A stretch of DNA of 64,000 bases from Paraspadella gotoi (Eukaryota > Animalia > Chaetognatha), in NCBI GenBank assembly GCA_051294375.1, contig CM119265.1, positions 17,449,172 to 17,513,171 of the forward strand. Reading direction: 5' to 3'. Made by a program: the position numbers and the translations under genes. Each line of letters starts with the position of its first letter. Positions within the stretch are counted from its first letter, which is position 1. Below the pieces are notes generated by a model. That model worked only from the letters and a program-made list of their open reading frames with translations, ran no database searches and was not told where the DNA came from. This document shows positions 61,309 to 64,000 of this stretch, piece by piece.

Positions 61309-63435
61309 TCAACACAACTTAAAATTTCTCAGTTGAACGTAACGTCCGCCGATTCCTTGATAACTCCACCCTGTCTGATTAACATAAAGCCGAAACTTCT
61401 TGAAGGGGAAATGGTTCTCTTCGGGAACGCTCAACTCTTCCACGTGATGAATCGACAAAAAGGTAGAATCGAGGCGCTTTGCCAAAAGGTCCAACCACGT
61501 TGTCCCGTCGTCAGAACCCTGGGAAAGAAGAGGAATCACATTTGAGGCAGTTGTTGTGTCTAAGAAACGAAAAATGCAGTCAATGTCAATGGGATTCACA
61601 TAAAATGTCCCTTTTAAGATAAATAAATAGATACATATTTATTATTTGAATACTGTATAATGTATAATATATAATGTATACTAAATAATGTATACTATAT
61701 TGTATTCTATAATGTATAGCCATCATTATTTTCTAGACAACGGACACGACCGTTTTGATTCATTTATTGATATTTTGATTGAAATGTTTTAATGTCTGGC
61801 GAGGGAGAGACTAACTGATCGAAAACTCGTGCTGGATTTGACCTGCAAGACGAAAGTCATCGGGTGGTCAAGTTTGTAGTAGGACTGCCAAGTCGTCATG
61901 AACGAAATGCGACGGGCGATTCTCTTCTCAATGAATTCGACCCCTATATGTTGAGGCTCATTCAACCATCCTAAGAAGATATATTTAAATATTTTATCGT
62001 TTTTCATTAACGACGTATTAATCAATTGATTAATCTAGAGGCTCACCATTAGTCGCTTCCACCCATCGGCTGGACCACGAATAGCTCTGCCCGCGGAAAG
62101 CAAACTTTTCTACCCAGCTTCGTCCCCAGCTGAAACAGATAATGATAAAATTAAAATACGATGATCAATTAATTATTTAGTTTTTATGTCGATTAAATAC
62201 AAATCAATAAATGAATGAAGCAATAAACCAACCGGTGCGTAACCAATCTACCTAATAATCAAGGTATCTATGAATCAGTTAATCAACCAATCAATCAATC
62301 AAATTCTTTATTAATTCGTTCGTACTTTCTATGTAAATATAAATAATTACATAAATCGACTCAGTAAACATTCACTAATACATTTATTTTTTTTTTACTC
62401 AATTTATGTGTTAATTTTTTACTTAATTAAACTCACCTCGACGAGGCGAAGGTCTGGTGCTTCAAAAATGGGGGACTCATCACGTAGTTATCGTCGTCGC
62501 GACTTTCTTGATCGTCGTAGAGACACAGACCAAAATCGCCAATCTCTACGCTACCAGTGACGTTGCTCAAATCGCCGCCCCAAACGGCCCCGGTAACGAG
62601 GAGGCGGTAGTGCCGGTAGGCGCCCCGGTCTTTTACTTTGAAGTGGCGCCGCGACGGCGCTTCAGAGGGCGCTGAAGTCTAGGGGCGGGGAAAGAGGTGC
62701 GAAGTGACGGATTGTCAAAAATTGGAAAAAATATGGGCAATTGGTATTTCTTTAAAAAAGATTTTTTTACTCCACTAGAACAATTCAGAGGAGAATATAG
62801 TTTTTAAGTAGTTAAGATCATATTCGTGTAAACTAAACAAAAGTTGGATTGTTCCCAAGACATTCATTGATAAAGTTAAAGAAAGAGATAAATTTATTGA
62901 ATAGAGAGTGAGAGAGATACCTGCATGTTCTCTTCGACAACGTCCAATCGGACCCAAGAGTCACCATCTTGTGAAGCTTCAAACTCGAACCGAGTAACGT
63001 CTCTGGACTGGAAATGAAAGGCTCCAACGGTTCTGACGCCACCCGGGTAAGTAACGCTCACCCAAACTTGGCCGGTTGAAATATCGGAGCTATTAAGGGT
63101 CACCGAGCGCCACTGTCGAGACTTCTGAACCAAGGATTTTGAAATTGAACAATTTTTTGGGGGGTAAATTTAATATAATAACAAAACCTACAAAATTAAA
63201 TAGCAATCTGAACAAACAAAAAAAAAAACTGTATTTCAAAATTATATTCAACAATCGATTCCTCCCGGCCCTCCCCCGAAAAAAAAATAAATTAACCCGA
63301 AAGATTTCGGCGGCTTTTTCGATGTTGGAACTGACACTCGCTACTCCGTCGGTATTGGGACATGGGCGAATCGACTCGCACCATATTTGCGTTTTGAGCC
63401 GCCAAAGTTTGTTTTTGTTCCCTCTGTCGCCGGTT
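61309..63435 (-). CDS. Protein with two tandem F5/8 type C (discoidin/CBM32-like) domains; 5' end probably further upstream
   Basis: Spliced exons: FEFEASQDGDSW..L, YRHYRLLVT..VEIGDF; second repeat FASSSW..., PMTFVLQ|GSDDGTTW.DL, FKKFRLYV..VQLRNF. Confidence 0.75.
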
Positions 63436-64000
63436 CTGCGGAGAGAGGGAGAAAGAGAGAAAGTAGTATGAGAGAGATAAAGAGAGAGCGCCTCAGACAC
63501 TGATTTAACAACAATAGTATAAAATTGAAAAATTGAACTCTTATGTAGTTTCTGGTACTACAATGGGAATTCCCCTCTCTTTTCAAATCCACTGACTGAT
63601 TTTGATTGATGTTTGACCATTTCAATAGCGGGAAAATTTTTTTTTTTTTTTAAGATCCAATATTTTTTAATAAAAATTTCTCTTTTTAACATTAAGGAAC
63701 TCTTCAAATAATAGAATTTTCCTTTTCCAAAATTCTATTATGACATTTATAGTCATATATTATTGGGAATTAAAAGAAAATAACGTCAGTGATTTTTGTA
63801 CCAGGATACAAAACCTGAAGTCACTATTTTATCTGAAATATAGCTACAGTATTTAATCTTTTCATTTCAGTCGCCAATGTTTGTGTATAGTGTGTCTACT
63901 GTGTACACGTAGAATCTTCAATTATGTAAGTATGCATTTATCCGTGAAGCTTATGCCTTTTGGCCGTGAAAAAAATATTTATGAGGCCGACTAACCGAGG

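Overview
Eukaryotic (invertebrate metazoan-like) nuclear DNA with GC-richer exons and short AT-rich GT-AG introns. From ~0.8 to 32.9 kb there is an unbroken head-to-tail + strand run of functionally unrelated housekeeping genes: the terminal exon of an upstream gene, a multi-RRM ORF, CDK11, MRPS35, a novel glycerophosphotransferase-like/TTLL12-SET-like fusion, WDR4, CAP, TTC5, TGFBRAP1, ECH1, NDUFA9, APC16 and AIP. Stop-to-start gaps are as small as 36-180 bp and most genes have an unpaired 3' splice site just upstream of the ATG, which suggests an SL trans-spliced eukaryotic operon. The large AIP introns carry a hidden antisense HSBP1-like gene, a Penelope-type hammerhead ribozyme insertion with a 13-bp TSD, tRNA-derived repeats and nested MITEs. 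The rest of the window holds ATOSA/FAM214, an orphan 4-TM gene, ABHD2-like, TXNDC9, a Cys-loop channel (atypical selectivity filter, 3' fold-back duplication) and a tandem F5/8C-domain gene, plus Tc1, hAT and Helentron-like remnants. All calls are by eye from motifs; no searches were run and some exon boundaries are approximate.
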